DNA of 62,626 nucleotides, the filler included, from Dimorphilus gyrociliatus (taxonomy: Eukaryota; Animalia; Annelida), in NCBI GenBank assembly GCA_904063045.1. It is 4 parts of 4 records of this genome, joined end to end, with 100 filler letters (N's around TTAATTAATTAA, not from the genome) between each part and the next. Parts side by side here need not be neighbours in the genome. Positions count along the whole stretch, not along the records: positions 1 to 27,385 come from CAJFCJ010000114.1; 3 more parts are not named here. One strand, given 5' to 3'. Positions 10,421 through 20,870 of this stretch are shown in pieces. The translations under genes and the position numbers were made by a program. The stretch's first letter is position 1. The number at the start of each line of letters is the position of its first letter. Below the pieces are notes generated by a model, which saw nothing but the letters and a program-made list of their open reading frames with translations, was not told the DNA's origin and ran no database searches.

Positions 10421-11088
10421 TGTTAATTTCGTAGGGTTTATATACTCTTTTAAGGGTTGATAGTTCACAAATTTCAATGTTCACAAAAACAAAAGTAACA
10501 TTTAAAGACAAAGAAAAGTTCTAAATATGGTCATGTTTTTATTGTTTTCCTCTTCTAAATAATAGTTGAATTTCGAAGGTTGGAGAGTTGCATAAGATGT
10601 AACAATTTTAGTAGGACAAGTCCAACAATCAAGAAAACATGTAGATTGTATATTTGACCGTTTTTATATTCTACCTTAATAATGATATTCAATTGATTGA
10701 GTTAGTAAATTTAGCATCAGCATATAAGGAGGAAGTATATCTGATTAATGCATGTTAAAAAGAACAGTATTGTGTATACAATACTGTTGAATAGTGAATA
10801 TAATCTAAACTTAGAATTTAAGCATAATTGATAATTAATTGAACTAGTTTTAGTTCGAAATCATAAATTTATGGATTAATAAATTGTAATATTAATGCTA
10901 GGTTGCAAATAGCAAATATTCTTTATATAATTCAATAGGTTTTATTACTGCATAATGTGTATGCACTGCCCTATGCGAAACTAGGTCACTACTGCTTATC
11001 TTTATCAGTGCTATCTGCATAGTACAATACTGGTTCAATACTACTTCTCTATTGTAGAATATAGCTGACGAATGTATGTGTACAAACA
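10421..11088 (-). repeat. Putative 3' LTR of element 2 (left boundary uncertain, 10395-10421)
   Basis: Begins TGTTTG right after a PPT on the minus strand. A candidate ...AACA end at 10421 gives TGTT..AACA termini and a length similar to LTR1. No second copy is present to confirm it. Confidence 0.6.
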
Positions 11089-11100
11089 TCCCACTCCTTT
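11089..11100 (-). promoter_or_regulatory. Polypurine tract of element 2
   Basis: AAAGGAGTGGGA followed by TG. It overlaps the env stop codon TAA. Confidence 0.8.
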
Positions 11101-13528
11101 AAGACCTTGCTTCCACGAAAGGTCTAGGACTTGTGACAATTATGTTATCACCACTTTTTCTGAACATAGGATAATTTTGCAGTTCTATTTCTTCTGATTC
11201 AGCTGTTGGAGCTGAAGGTAATCTTTTTGTTTTTGTCAGTAGTTTAGACAGTCTGGTAAATTGAACTCTTTTCAGTTTTTTCTTCCAAATAAAGTAGATG
11301 AAGAATCCATTTCCAATCAAGAGTATAATTGGCAGAAGTGTGTCTATTAGTATTTTGAAAGGTTTTCTTATCCATGAAGAAAATAGATGTTGTGTTGGTG
11401 ACAAGGCTGCATCAAATCCTAAATCATTTGCAAAGTTAATATGCTCTCTATGCTTAGTCAAAGTATCCTGTATGTATTCCAAAACTTGTTGTATCTGATA
11501 ATGTTTCTTGCCCACATCTTCTTTTATACCTAGTTGTAATAATTCTGTGAGTCTGACAACTTCTAGTTTTGGTTCTTCAATTTGACTGTTGATTTTCATT
11601 CTGATTGATTGTGCTGCTGCTGTTTGGAACCTGCATCCTTTCCTTGTATAATAGATAAATGTCTTCTTGTCAGAATGTATGGCATATTGATTTTGTTCTG
11701 CATCCAAAGGATTTTTCTTGATCTTGAAGAGATGCTGAGTTTGGTCACATGTACCATATCTTATGTCTTCTTTTGTGATGTGGTAAGCATGATGAAGTAT
11801 TGGATCAATTGAGAATAGGAGATCTTTATATTTGATCAGAAATTCTTTTGAACATAATCCATTTTTTGTTATAATTGTTGTGTCACAAACTACTTGAACA
11901 GTTTTTAATTCTGTACATGTATTGAGGGTTGTTAGATCTCCTAACCATGTACTATGGGTTCCATGTTTAGATCCAAGTATTGTTGGTAGTTGAGGTGATA
12001 GTGGTGTAAGTAGGGCTATCATCTTGTTTCTCATGATAAATTCTTTGCATAAAAGTTGTGAAACTTGTTTAAAAACTGTTTGTAAATTTTGAAAATTTTT
12101 GTCAATATTGTTTAGTAGTGCAGCTGTTCTTATAGCATCTTTTATATTTATTTGGTGTGATTCTGGAATCTCTATGTTTTCTAATTGTTTCCTCTTCCAT
12201 TTGTGATTTATTGGTTTTCTTTGTAAAAGTGTATATTTGCCATTTTCTGTATGAATTTGAAATTGTGTATCTTTTGGGCTTTGATACCAAATGTTCATGT
12301 TTGGCAGTGGGTTGAAAGTAACTGGTTTTTTGTCCAATTCAAAATCTTGTGATCTTACTAGTCTGGCAGGTTTTAGCTTTGTTGTTTTCAGCATTTTTAG
12401 TATGTATTTGTTGTGAATATCCCAGATGTCTGGAGAAATAATTTCTTTGACAAACCAAGTCCTCACTAATGGTGTTGCATGATTTTTTATCAGCATATGG
12501 TAGGTTTTGTCACCATCTCTATACCAATCATTATATGTTAAAATATCTTGTATTTCTGTGACATTGGCCTTTCTTAGTGATGATTTCTTTCCAATATATT
12601 TCTCCAATCTATTAACTTCTTTATTTGAAATGATCTTGTATTTTGTATCCTCTATTATTTTATTGTCAGCATAATTAGAATTTGTAAGATCAGTTCTAAG
12701 TAAGTCATATTCTTTCTGGGGTACCAATACTCTGGTACCAGGACCACCATATCCTTTGATATATCTGTCTTGGTAAGGTAAATCCATTATTGCATAGTTG
12801 GGGCAGGAAAAATATCCTCCAAGTTTTACGCATTCCACATTATGGGAAACTATTTTCCATGGTGAAACATGGCCTAGAAGACTTTGACCTTTTTCTGGAT
12901 TAAATATAATGATTGAATCCAAAGTTCTACAAAATTTTTGTTTAATAGAACAGTCTTCTAAATATTCCAAATTTGTGGTTATTTTATCTTGACTTGGATT
13001 CCAATAAGCCTTGCCAATTTGAAGGATTGTTGTAAATTCTTCCACCACTGTGGTTCTTGGCCATTTGTAATTTGGTCCTTTGTTTTCATTATACATAAGA
13101 AGTTTGCCTTTTTCAATTAGGTTTTGTCCATTTAAGGTTTTGTGTGTGTATAGCATTGTTCTGCATTGTTTTTCACTTAAGGCAAGTGTTTGTTTTTCAA
13201 TTCTGTGTTTCTTTGCTCCAAAAAAGTAATGAGTGTAGAAATTGATTCTTCTTTTCACTAAACACTTGACAGCTTGAATTGCCAAATTGTCAGCTTTAAT
13301 TTCATAGATGTTAGCTACAATTTTGATCATTTGTTTAGTTTCAAAGGTACATACTGGTTCATCTGCCAAATCAAATGATTGGTGTACTTGTTGTCCTTGA
13401 CAAAACTGCACTGATGGTAGCATTCTTACAGTTATGTTTGCTTTTGTTATGGATACATTTGCTTGGACCAAGTTTAAACAGCATATTGCTAACAGTGTAT
13501 AAATTATTGATCCTCTGATGGGAAGCAT
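11099..13528 (-). CDS. env: Env portion (about 809 aa): type I membrane glycoprotein, class III fusogen-like
   Basis: Signal MLPIRGSIIYTLLAICCLNLVQA; C-x-YFFGAK-x-C and C-x6-C pattern similar to rhabdovirus G; TM LLPIILLIGNGFFIYFIW followed by KKKLKR. Confidence 0.8.
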   Translation of the reverse strand: MLPIRGSIIYTLLAICCLNLVQANVSITKANITVRMLPSVQFCQGQQVHQSFDLADEPVCTFETKQMIKIVANIYEIKADNLAIQAVKCLVKRRINFYTHYFFGAKKHRIEKQTLALSEKQCRTMLYTHKTLNGQNLIEKGKLLMYNENKGPNYKWPRTTVVEEFTTILQIGKAYWNPSQDKITTNLEYLEDCSIKQKFCRTLDSIIIFNPEKGQSLLGHVSPWKIVSHNVECVKLGGYFSCPNYAIMDLPYQDRYIKGYGGPGTRVLVPQKEYDLLRTDLTNSNYADNKIIEDTKYKIISNKEVNRLEKYIGKKSSLRKANVTEIQDILTYNDWYRDGDKTYHMLIKNHATPLVRTWFVKEIISPDIWDIHNKYILKMLKTTKLKPARLVRSQDFELDKKPVTFNPLPNMNIWYQSPKDTQFQIHTENGKYTLLQRKPINHKWKRKQLENIEIPESHQINIKDAIRTAALLNNIDKNFQNLQTVFKQVSQLLCKEFIMRNKMIALLTPLSPQLPTILGSKHGTHSTWLGDLTTLNTCTELKTVQVVCDTTIITKNGLCSKEFLIKYKDLLFSIDPILHHAYHITKEDIRYGTCDQTQHLFKIKKNPLDAEQNQYAIHSDKKTFIYYTRKGCRFQTAAAQSIRMKINSQIEEPKLEVVRLTELLQLGIKEDVGKKHYQIQQVLEYIQDTLTKHREHINFANDLGFDAALSPTQHLFSSWIRKPFKILIDTLLPIILLIGNGFFIYFIWKKKLKRVQFTRLSKLLTKTKRLPSAPTAESEEIELQNYPMFRKSGDNIIVTSPRPFVEARS

Positions 13529-16312
13529 TCCACCATTTGTTTGGTGTTTCCTTACTGTCACTGTGTTAACTGTTATAGGTTGTTTGTTAGCTAGTCTTAG
13601 TCTACTAGCATGATAGAATTTTCTTTTATCTGCCAATATTTGTAATTCATACAAACATTTTGTAGTATCTGTAGCAGTTACAAGATATGGTCCACTCCAT
13701 TTGCTTGTATTTATTCTGTTCATTCCTTGACCAATGTTTTCATTTCTTATGTGTACCCAATCACCAATTTTGTAAGTTGGAGGTTTTCTTGTAATAGCTT
13801 TATTAACTCTATCTCTATATTCCTTCTTTTTTAGAACAGATTTGCAAAGTGCTGTTGCTCTAATTTCTTCAAGTTCATGTTTTCTATCAAATAAGAATTT
13901 TGTTGTTGGTTCTAATCTTGGAACTTCCATTAACAGGTCTAAAACATTTCTATTCGTCAATCCAAATAATATTTCATGTGGGGTTTTGCCAGTGCTTCCA
14001 ACTGGAATTTGATTTAAACATGTCTGAATTAATGGTAACTGTCTTGTCCAATCTGTTAATTGTTCCATAACTACATGTTTATGTAGTGCTCTACGAATTT
14101 CCAAATTCTTTCTTTCTACCATTCCATTACTTTGGCTATGGAATGCTGTTGTTTTAATTTTTCGTATTCCCATTGATGTCACCATTTCTGTAAAGATTTC
14201 CCCAAGAAAATTCCTTCCTTGATCTGTGAGAATTTCTTCTGGGATACCAAATATTGGGAAATAGTTGAAAAACAAATGTTTAGAAATTTCCTCAGCTGTT
14301 TGAGTTTTTAGAGGGAATATGTTGGTAAATCTGGACATGTGGTCTATAATGACAAGTATATACTTGTAAGAATCATGTCCAGTCAGAGGTCCCATTATGT
14401 CCATAGCTATTCTTTGCATTGGTAAAGTTGGGTGAGGTGTTTCAACCAACAGATGTTTGTTGCCTGGTGCTCTTAATTGCTCACAAAATTCACAACTCTT
14501 TATGTGATCTTTAATTGTTTTCTTTAGCTTTGGGTGCCAGAAAGCTTGCTCCAAAGTGTGAATTGTTATGTCTACACCATAGTGCTCAAATAGTTGATGT
14601 TGATGAATTTGTCCAAGTAAGTTGGTTAGAGTTGATAGTGGAATTACAAGTAGTGGTTGACAGCCATTTAGATACCATACAAGGTCTTCTTTTACAAACA
14701 TAGATTCAATAAAGTTTCCATATTCATTCAAAGACCCATTATCAATGTTTTCTCCTTCCAATTTGTCTACAACTTTCATTAGTGGAGTATCTAATACTTG
14801 TTCTCTATAGAAGTTTATTTCAACTGGTGTGATTTTTAGTTTCATAATCTGGGCTTGGATTTCAGTTATGTCTTCATCATAATCATTGTCTAGATTGTCA
14901 TCTAAACAATCATCTAATTCTTCTAAGTCCTCTGTATCAATATAAAAGCATTTAAGCATATCCTTTCTTTCTGCTAATTGGGGAACTGTATTGCCATTTT
15001 GTTTTTCTTCATTTAATCTTTCCTTAAGTAAATTACGAAAATCAATTACTTCATCAGTTTCACCAATTCTTGATATCCAGTCTGCTCTATTAGTTCTTCC
15101 TGGTATGTATATTATTTCAAAATCCATATCCATAAGTGCCATCACCCATTTAACAGTACTTGTATTCAGTTTGTTTTGTACAAATGTTTGTACCAAATTT
15201 TGGTGATCAGTGTAGAGAAAAAATTTCTTATACTGTAGATAGTGGGAGAATTTTTGTACTGCCCAATATACTGCAAAAGCCTCTTTTTGATAAGCTGCAT
15301 ATCTTAGTTGTGTATTGATTAGGAGCTTGGAAGCAAAAGAAATTGGTTTTCTTATTTTCTTTCCATCTTCTTCCCATTCTTGTTCTAGAACTGCACCAAC
15401 TGCATAATTAGAAGCATCTGTTGTTAAATAGAATGATTTAGTAAAGTCTGGCAGTTGAAGGATTGGGGGCTCTGTCATTGCATTCCTTGGTGTTTCATAA
15501 GCTTCCTCTGCTTTTTTTGTCCATTTCAGTTTTTCTGTCTTTTGGTGTACTTTTAATAATTCTCTCAAAGGTTTTGTGATTTTTGCAAAATCTTTAACAA
15601 ATCTTCTATAATAACCACAAAATGCCACAAAACTCAACAGAGTATTTGCAAACATAGGTAATTTGGCATCTTTTATTTTCTGAATCTTTTCAGGATCAGT
15701 TTCAATACCATTCTGTGTAATTCTATGACCAAGGAATTGAACTGATTCTTGTAAGAATGCACATTTGCTCAGTTTAATTCTGAAGTCTTTTTCCTTGATT
15801 CTTTCCATAAGTTTCTGTAGAGCTACAAAGTGTTCTTCCAATGTTTTGGTAAAAACTATAACATCATCCATATAATTAATGCAGAAGTTTTCCAATCCAT
15901 TAATAACAAAATTTGCCATGATATAGCTGAAGTGTGAAGGTGCATTAGCCAAACCAAATGGCATGCGGTTGAATTCAAATAAACCAAATGGTGTAATAAA
16001 AGCAGTTTTCTCCTTATCTTCTTCTTTAATTGGAATATGATGAAATGCACTTGTTAAATCCAATATAGAGAAATATTTGTGGCCTCCTCCAAGCTTATCA
16101 AATAAATCTTCCTGATGTGGGATTGGATAACAATTCTTTTTTGATTGCTTGTTAAGTTTTCTGTAATCCACACACATTCTTAATGTTCCTTCTTTCTTTT
16201 TCACAAAAACAATGGGTGAAGCCCATTGGCTTTTGCTTGCTCTAATTAGACCATTTTCCAATAATCCATTTAATTGATCCCTGCATTCCTGCTGTTTGTT
16301 GGGTGGCAATCT
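11099..16312 (-). CDS. pol-env: Element 2 RT-RNaseH-integrase-Env continuous ORF, 5'-truncated (no gag, PR or 5' LTR)
   Basis: 1736-aa ORF with YMDD, TDAS..KEA..TDH, HHCC, D-D-E and GPY, then an internal signal peptide, a Cys-rich ectodomain and a C-terminal TM, with no stop codon between them. Confidence 0.95.
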   Translation of the reverse strand, partial: RLPPNKQQECRDQLNGLLENGLIRASKSQWASPIVFVKKKEGTLRMCVDYRKLNKQSKKNCYPIPHQEDLFDKLGGGHKYFSILDLTSAFHHIPIKEEDKEKTAFITPFGLFEFNRMPFGLANAPSHFSYIMANFVINGLENFCINYMDDVIVFTKTLEEHFVALQKLMERIKEKDFRIKLSKCAFLQESVQFLGHRITQNGIETDPEKIQKIKDAKLPMFANTLLSFVAFCGYYRRFVKDFAKITKPLRELLKVHQKTEKLKWTKKAEEAYETPRNAMTEPPILQLPDFTKSFYLTTDASNYAVGAVLEQEWEEDGKKIRKPISFASKLLINTQLRYAAYQKEAFAVYWAVQKFSHYLQYKKFFLYTDHQNLVQTFVQNKLNTSTVKWVMALMDMDFEIIYIPGRTNRADWISRIGETDEVIDFRNLLKERLNEEKQNGNTVPQLAERKDMLKCFYIDTEDLEELDDCLDDNLDNDYDEDITEIQAQIMKLKITPVEINFYREQVLDTPLMKVVDKLEGENIDNGSLNEYGNFIESMFVKEDLVWYLNGCQPLLVIPLSTLTNLLGQIHQHQLFEHYGVDITIHTLEQAFWHPKLKKTIKDHIKSCEFCEQLRAPGNKHLLVETPHPTLPMQRIAMDIMGPLTGHDSYKYILVIIDHMSRFTNIFPLKTQTAEEISKHLFFNYFPIFGIPEEILTDQGRNFLGEIFTEMVTSMGIRKIKTTAFHSQSNGMVERKNLEIRRALHKHVVMEQLTDWTRQLPLIQTCLNQIPVGSTGKTPHEILFGLTNRNVLDLLMEVPRLEPTTKFLFDRKHELEEIRATALCKSVLKKKEYRDRVNKAITRKPPTYKIGDWVHIRNENIGQGMNRINTSKWSGPYLVTATDTTKCLYELQILADKRKFYHASRLRLANKQPITVNTVTVRKHQTNGGMLPIRGSIIYTLLAICCLNLVQANVSITKANITVRMLPSVQFCQGQQVHQSFDLADEPVCTFETKQMIKIVANIYEIKADNLAIQAVKCLVKRRINFYTHYFFGAKKHRIEKQTLALSEKQCRTMLYTHKTLNGQNLIEKGKLLMYNENKGPNYKWPRTTVVEEFTTILQIGKAYWNPSQDKITTNLEYLEDCSIKQKFCRTLDSIIIFNPEKGQSLLGHVSPWKIVSHNVECVKLGGYFSCPNYAIMDLPYQDRYIKGYGGPGTRVLVPQKEYDLLRTDLTNSNYADNKIIEDTKYKIISNKEVNRLEKYIGKKSSLRKANVTEIQDILTYNDWYRDGDKTYHMLIKNHATPLVRTWFVKEIISPDIWDIHNKYILKMLKTTKLKPARLVRSQDFELDKKPVTFNPLPNMNIWYQSPKDTQFQIHTENGKYTLLQRKPINHKWKRKQLENIEIPESHQINIKDAIRTAALLNNIDKNFQNLQTVFKQVSQLLCKEFIMRNKMIALLTPLSPQLPTILGSKHGTHSTWLGDLTTLNTCTELKTVQVVCDTTIITKNGLCSKEFLIKYKDLLFSIDPILHHAYHITKEDIRYGTCDQTQHLFKIKKNPLDAEQNQYAIHSDKKTFIYYTRKGCRFQTAAAQSIRMKINSQIEEPKLEVVRLTELLQLGIKEDVGKKHYQIQQVLEYIQDTLTKHREHINFANDLGFDAALSPTQHLFSSWIRKPFKILIDTLLPIILLIGNGFFIYFIWKKKLKRVQFTRLSKLLTKTKRLPSAPTAESEEIELQNYPMFRKSGDNIIVTSPRPFVEARS

Positions 16313-18529
16313 GTCTGGTCTTTGTCACAGAATTATGGATGTGTAAAAGAATCATTGGAGAAAGCAAAAACTGATGATAACATTATGATGGATTGCTCCT
16401 GTCCTGTACCATGTGACCAAATTATTTATGAACCTAATCTATCATTTTCAGCAATATCAGAATTTGCTGCTGATAAAATGTTATATGCAAATTTAAAGAG
16501 AATGAAAAAGTTGACAAATGATTATCATGAGATATTAGAAGTTAAAGAAAGGAAAATTAATAAAAACTTCAATCTAAATAGACAATTTATTTCTCCTTTT
16601 ACAACAAAAACTATTTTACTTTTACAAAATATTAAAAATATTTTCAAATTATTTTCAACTTTTGATAAAAATATTTCAAATTTTGAAAATTATATTCAAA
16701 CGCTTAATAATGATGTTAATACTGTTGAATATAACTTTTCTAGAATGAAAAATGCCCTAAATTCATCAAATATCGCTCAAATTGTAAAAATAATTAATGA
16801 GCTCTCCCCATACAGTTTTATGGAAAAATTATTTGGACCAAGTGAAAGGAAGAAGAATGTTATCCTTCAAAATCTTAACACTTGTCTAAAAAACTTATGT
16901 GAAATGGATAAAATGGAAACAGGTTGCATTAAATTTATGGAACATTTTCACCTGAGTGTCTACAAGAAAGCTGATCAAAATTTCCATCAATTTTGGATTG
17001 TTGTAACAGAAATGGCAAATATGCTATATGGAGATTTCAATGGAATAAGAAGTTTACAGATATTCCATCTAAAGGAAATAGAGAGATTATTTGAAATAGA
17101 TATTAATAATAATAATAGTTCAGCAGCATTAAAATTCAATGAAACTTGTAATCAATTCTATATTAACTTGAAAGATATGACAAAATTAATAGCTGACAAT
17201 ATTGTAAATAAAAATGACAGTTATGTTGTTATTGGTACCAAAATTCAAACTTTTATCAAAACCCTTTTCAATATTGAAGATAATTTTAATAATATCAATT
17301 TTCAATCCCTTTGCCTATTTAGTAAAAGAGATTTGGTATTTAATGATATTTTATTAAAAATCAATCAAATGAAATCATTGATTTCAATCAATTATTCAGT
17401 ATTTAGAGAATTTCACAACAGGATTAAACCAATTAGAATAATTTATGAAAATGTTCTAAATAGAACTCAAACATTCCAATCATATTTAGAAGAGAATTCA
17501 TCAACTAAAAAGCTTAATTTATCAAATACTTTTTTTTTGGATGATTTACTTCACAATATAAGAAGTTTAATGAGTTTCTGTGATGAGTTGAAGTCTGACT
17601 ATACAATATTCTGGAATAGTAAATATCAAATATACACAGCTGTAGTTGACATTGAACTTTTAGTTGAAAAAGATATTATATGGCCTTTGCCAAAAAAAGA
17701 TAGGAATGATGAAAATATTTCATATAAACAAATGAAAGATTTACAATCTTTATATTCTCAGAAAAAAAATGAATATAATGTTAATCATAATTGCTCAACA
17801 GAAAATTTACACATATTTTTTGAACATGTTTGGAGTGATTGTTACTACTATTTCTCTCATCAGATGCTAAATTACACATTTAAATTTCCTAATATCTCTC
17901 AAAAAGTATTTTATGAAATTTTATATGATTACAATAATCTTCAAGCTTTTATGTATGAATTTTCCAAAATTTCTAGGATAGATAAAGAATTTTTCCTGTA
18001 AGATTTCTCTCTCTCTCTTTGTTACATTTTGTTTTTAATTCAAATTTTCAAATAAATATCAACAGAAAGAATTTTGCAAAAGTTAATGTTTTCTACAATG
18101 AAATGAGTTATCAAAAGATCACTCAACATGAAAAATTTGGTTTTCTATCCCTCCTATCCGAAGTTGGTGGTTTTATGGGACTTCTCTTGGGAGCTTCTGT
18201 CATCACACTTATTGAATTTCTAGAATTTTTTGCTTGGAAGGTACAGAGAAGAAAATTATTGAATTGTTCAAAAACTATGAAAGTTTTTAACTGTGATTTT
18301 TTAATTTGTATTTCAGTTATTCAAATCAATTTCAAATAGAAGGAAGCCATACTCAGAAGATGCTTATTCTACACAAGACACTGCATAACTTAGTCCTACC
18401 CATAAATATTTATATATATATATATATGGAGAAAATTGAAGCTTGGAAAATATTTCACAAAACAGATATACACCTAGAAGTAGTGACATATTGATATTTA
18501 GAAACTAGATATAAAGGAAATTTAGAAAG
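15573..18529 (+). repeat. Left arm of a 2957-bp inverted duplication
   Basis: Reverse complement of 21646-24602 (mirror rule x maps to 40175-x). The ORF track shows identical mirrored proteins. Confidence 0.97.
16313..18388 (+). CDS. 3' half of a DEG/ENaC (ASIC/FaNaC-like) channel gene, copy 1, 5' exons absent
   Basis: CSCPVPCDQIIYEPNLS thumb, KNFAKVNVFY, SEVGGFMGLLLGASVITLIE (TM2, GAS filter). Introns 17998-18065 and 18241-18316, stop at 18388. Confidence 0.88.
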
Positions 18530-20035
18530 TACAAGTTTAAAACTATGCATTGCATTTAGTTTTCACTTTACTGTTGGTAAATGCTTCTTTAAGATGGCTA
18601 TCAAACCAGAAAGTCAATGGCAGCATAGACCTGATGTTGTATTTTATGTAAAATTAGGTATGAAAAGTAAAATATCAGTGCAGAACTTATTGTACTCAAT
18701 CAATCAATCATCAACATAAAAAAATTAGCAGAACACACTTTAAAAATCAAAATATTCTCTTCTAGAGTAACGTTTTATATTTTTGTGTTGATATACTTAG
18801 TTAACATGCCAAAACAAGTTTTCTATTCTAAACCAATTCAGCCTAAGACTTTATCATAACTTTTTAATTCCTTCCAACTTGTAGTATAGATACATCTGAC
18901 TTACAAACAATTAATTAGCTTTTTAAAACTCACAAGCTCAACTGATAATCATTGACAACATTCATATTGAGATGAGAAAAATGTAAATAAATGGCAAAGC
19001 TATTGCTCACAAAATTCTTCAAGACAATCTGTATCCTTGATTGATCCTTGAAACAAATGAAAGAAAGAGAATATCTAAGAAACTGATACAAATTTGAGTG
19101 AATGCCATTTGAAGTTCTATACAGATAGGTTAGTTTTGAAATATTCCAATTTTTTAACATTCAGATTCACAATGTCAAGGACAACTTTCTTTTCCAATTA
19201 ACACTGCTTGTTACTCAATTTATTATGATATGAGAAACTGTAAAAGACAAAACACAACAATTAGCAATTTTAAAATTTCTAGGAGAAATCATGATGCAAG
19301 AGTCACGCGCTATGGTTTATTTACAGCTCTCCACCTGCAAAAGCTTTTAAATTGAGCAGTTGAGGTACAGAGTTGTTTTTTGGAGAATGTTTATTTCACT
19401 TCTTACAGTGTATATCAGTGTGAATCTTTTTCAATGGTTAATGGTAGGAGAGCCTCGTGAAATCTATTATTTTATACTGAACATACATATCCTGTTTTCT
19501 AATGAATTAATATGTTGCTATGCTTATGTCAATATTCTTGATGCATTTTTTAACATGTCTAGTAATTTTCTCATTTCTATGAAAACCAGACTATATGAAA
19601 TATTTGTACTAAGGTCAAAACACCACTCTTTTTGCAGATGACAGTAACATACGTGTAGTCATGGTGATATTAATATTGTCTAATGATGACAACAAATATG
19701 ATGTTATATATATGAATTTTGTTATTGCCTTGTATTTAAGGTAATCATGTAATTTGTAATTAAATATCATTTCTAATAGGCCTAATCAGTTTATAGAAGT
19801 TACGCTATATTTACATTTTGTCAATAAAAAACAAATAAATAAACACACCTGTTCATTGATCATATTAAATGCATGAATAAGTTAAAATTGAATAGGTCAA
19901 CGCTCTAATAGGCTACACTGTATCACTTCATTTTATAGGCAAAATTTCAAAGTAGGAAACAATGCATAATTTTAGGTCACGTGACTTTAGACTAGAGCTT
20001 TAATGATTTCAGGCAGATCCCTTCATTGTCAATTT

Positions 20036-20870
20036 TTAAAGATAACTAATTTCACAAACCTTTAATACTTCTAATTCATCGTATAGATTAACATAGACTG
20101 CTTGACAAGTATTCAACTGACAATTGCAATTATAATGACAAACTGTACTATTCTGATTTATTAATCGACAACTCTGAAAATTTCCATTGAAATCACCATT
20201 CACTTGATTTTCTAATGGCATATATACAAAAATTCCTTTATTTCCAATTCCTTCATTCTCATTTCGACATAATAAATTTTCACCAGTGATGTTCACTTGG
20301 AAAGTTCCACTTTCTCTATTGGCAGTTTCTTTCTCTTCTATGCCACGCGAAACTGACTGTGTGTTGGCTATTCCTCCCAAAAAACACGTCAATCTATTAT
20401 CTACTAAACGTATATATAAATATACATTAGTTTCTGATGATATTGGTTCGCATTTGGACTTGAGGTAACAACGATTAGTCGCATCTAATGCAACTGCTAC
20501 ACAGCTATTACGACTTGAACATAATTGTGTGCAATCAGTTGGCTGTTTGTCAGAATATACATTAATATCGTTGCTGTAGCAATTTTTGTTCATTTGAAAT
20601 CTATAGCCAGGTTTTTCCAAACGACTAAGGAAACATCCGTATCCAGGTTCGTAGCATAAATTTCCAGCAGTACATGATGATAAATCTTCAGAAGCATCTT
20701 GAAAACAGTTTGAAAACAATAAAAGTTTTTAATGAATGACTAGAGAAAACCTTACCACCGACTTGTACACGATCATTTCTTGTTATGTTGCAGATATTGT
20801 CAAATAAGCACAAAGAATTTTGCGTTAAAATAGCAAAAATGATTATTTTTATCATTTCTATTCTTTGCAT
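20036..20870 (-). CDS. Secreted Cys-rich protein with a PAN/Apple-like domain (2 exons)
   Basis: Signal MIKIIIFAILTQNSLC; GT-AG intron 20698-20755 keeps the frame; CYSNDINVY..CTQLCSSRNSCVAV..RCYLKSKC. Confidence 0.75.

Noticed and set aside
11099-13528. Baculovirus F-type (errantivirus) env
   Set aside because: No furin site followed by an F-type fusion peptide was recognised. The Cys pattern and YFFGAK loop fit class III G better (not confirmed by search).
16274-16312. MIPAFLLFVGW as a signal peptide or start of the 575-aa ORF
   Set aside because: It is the antisense strand of the retroviral RT. The ORF is an internal ENaC exon.
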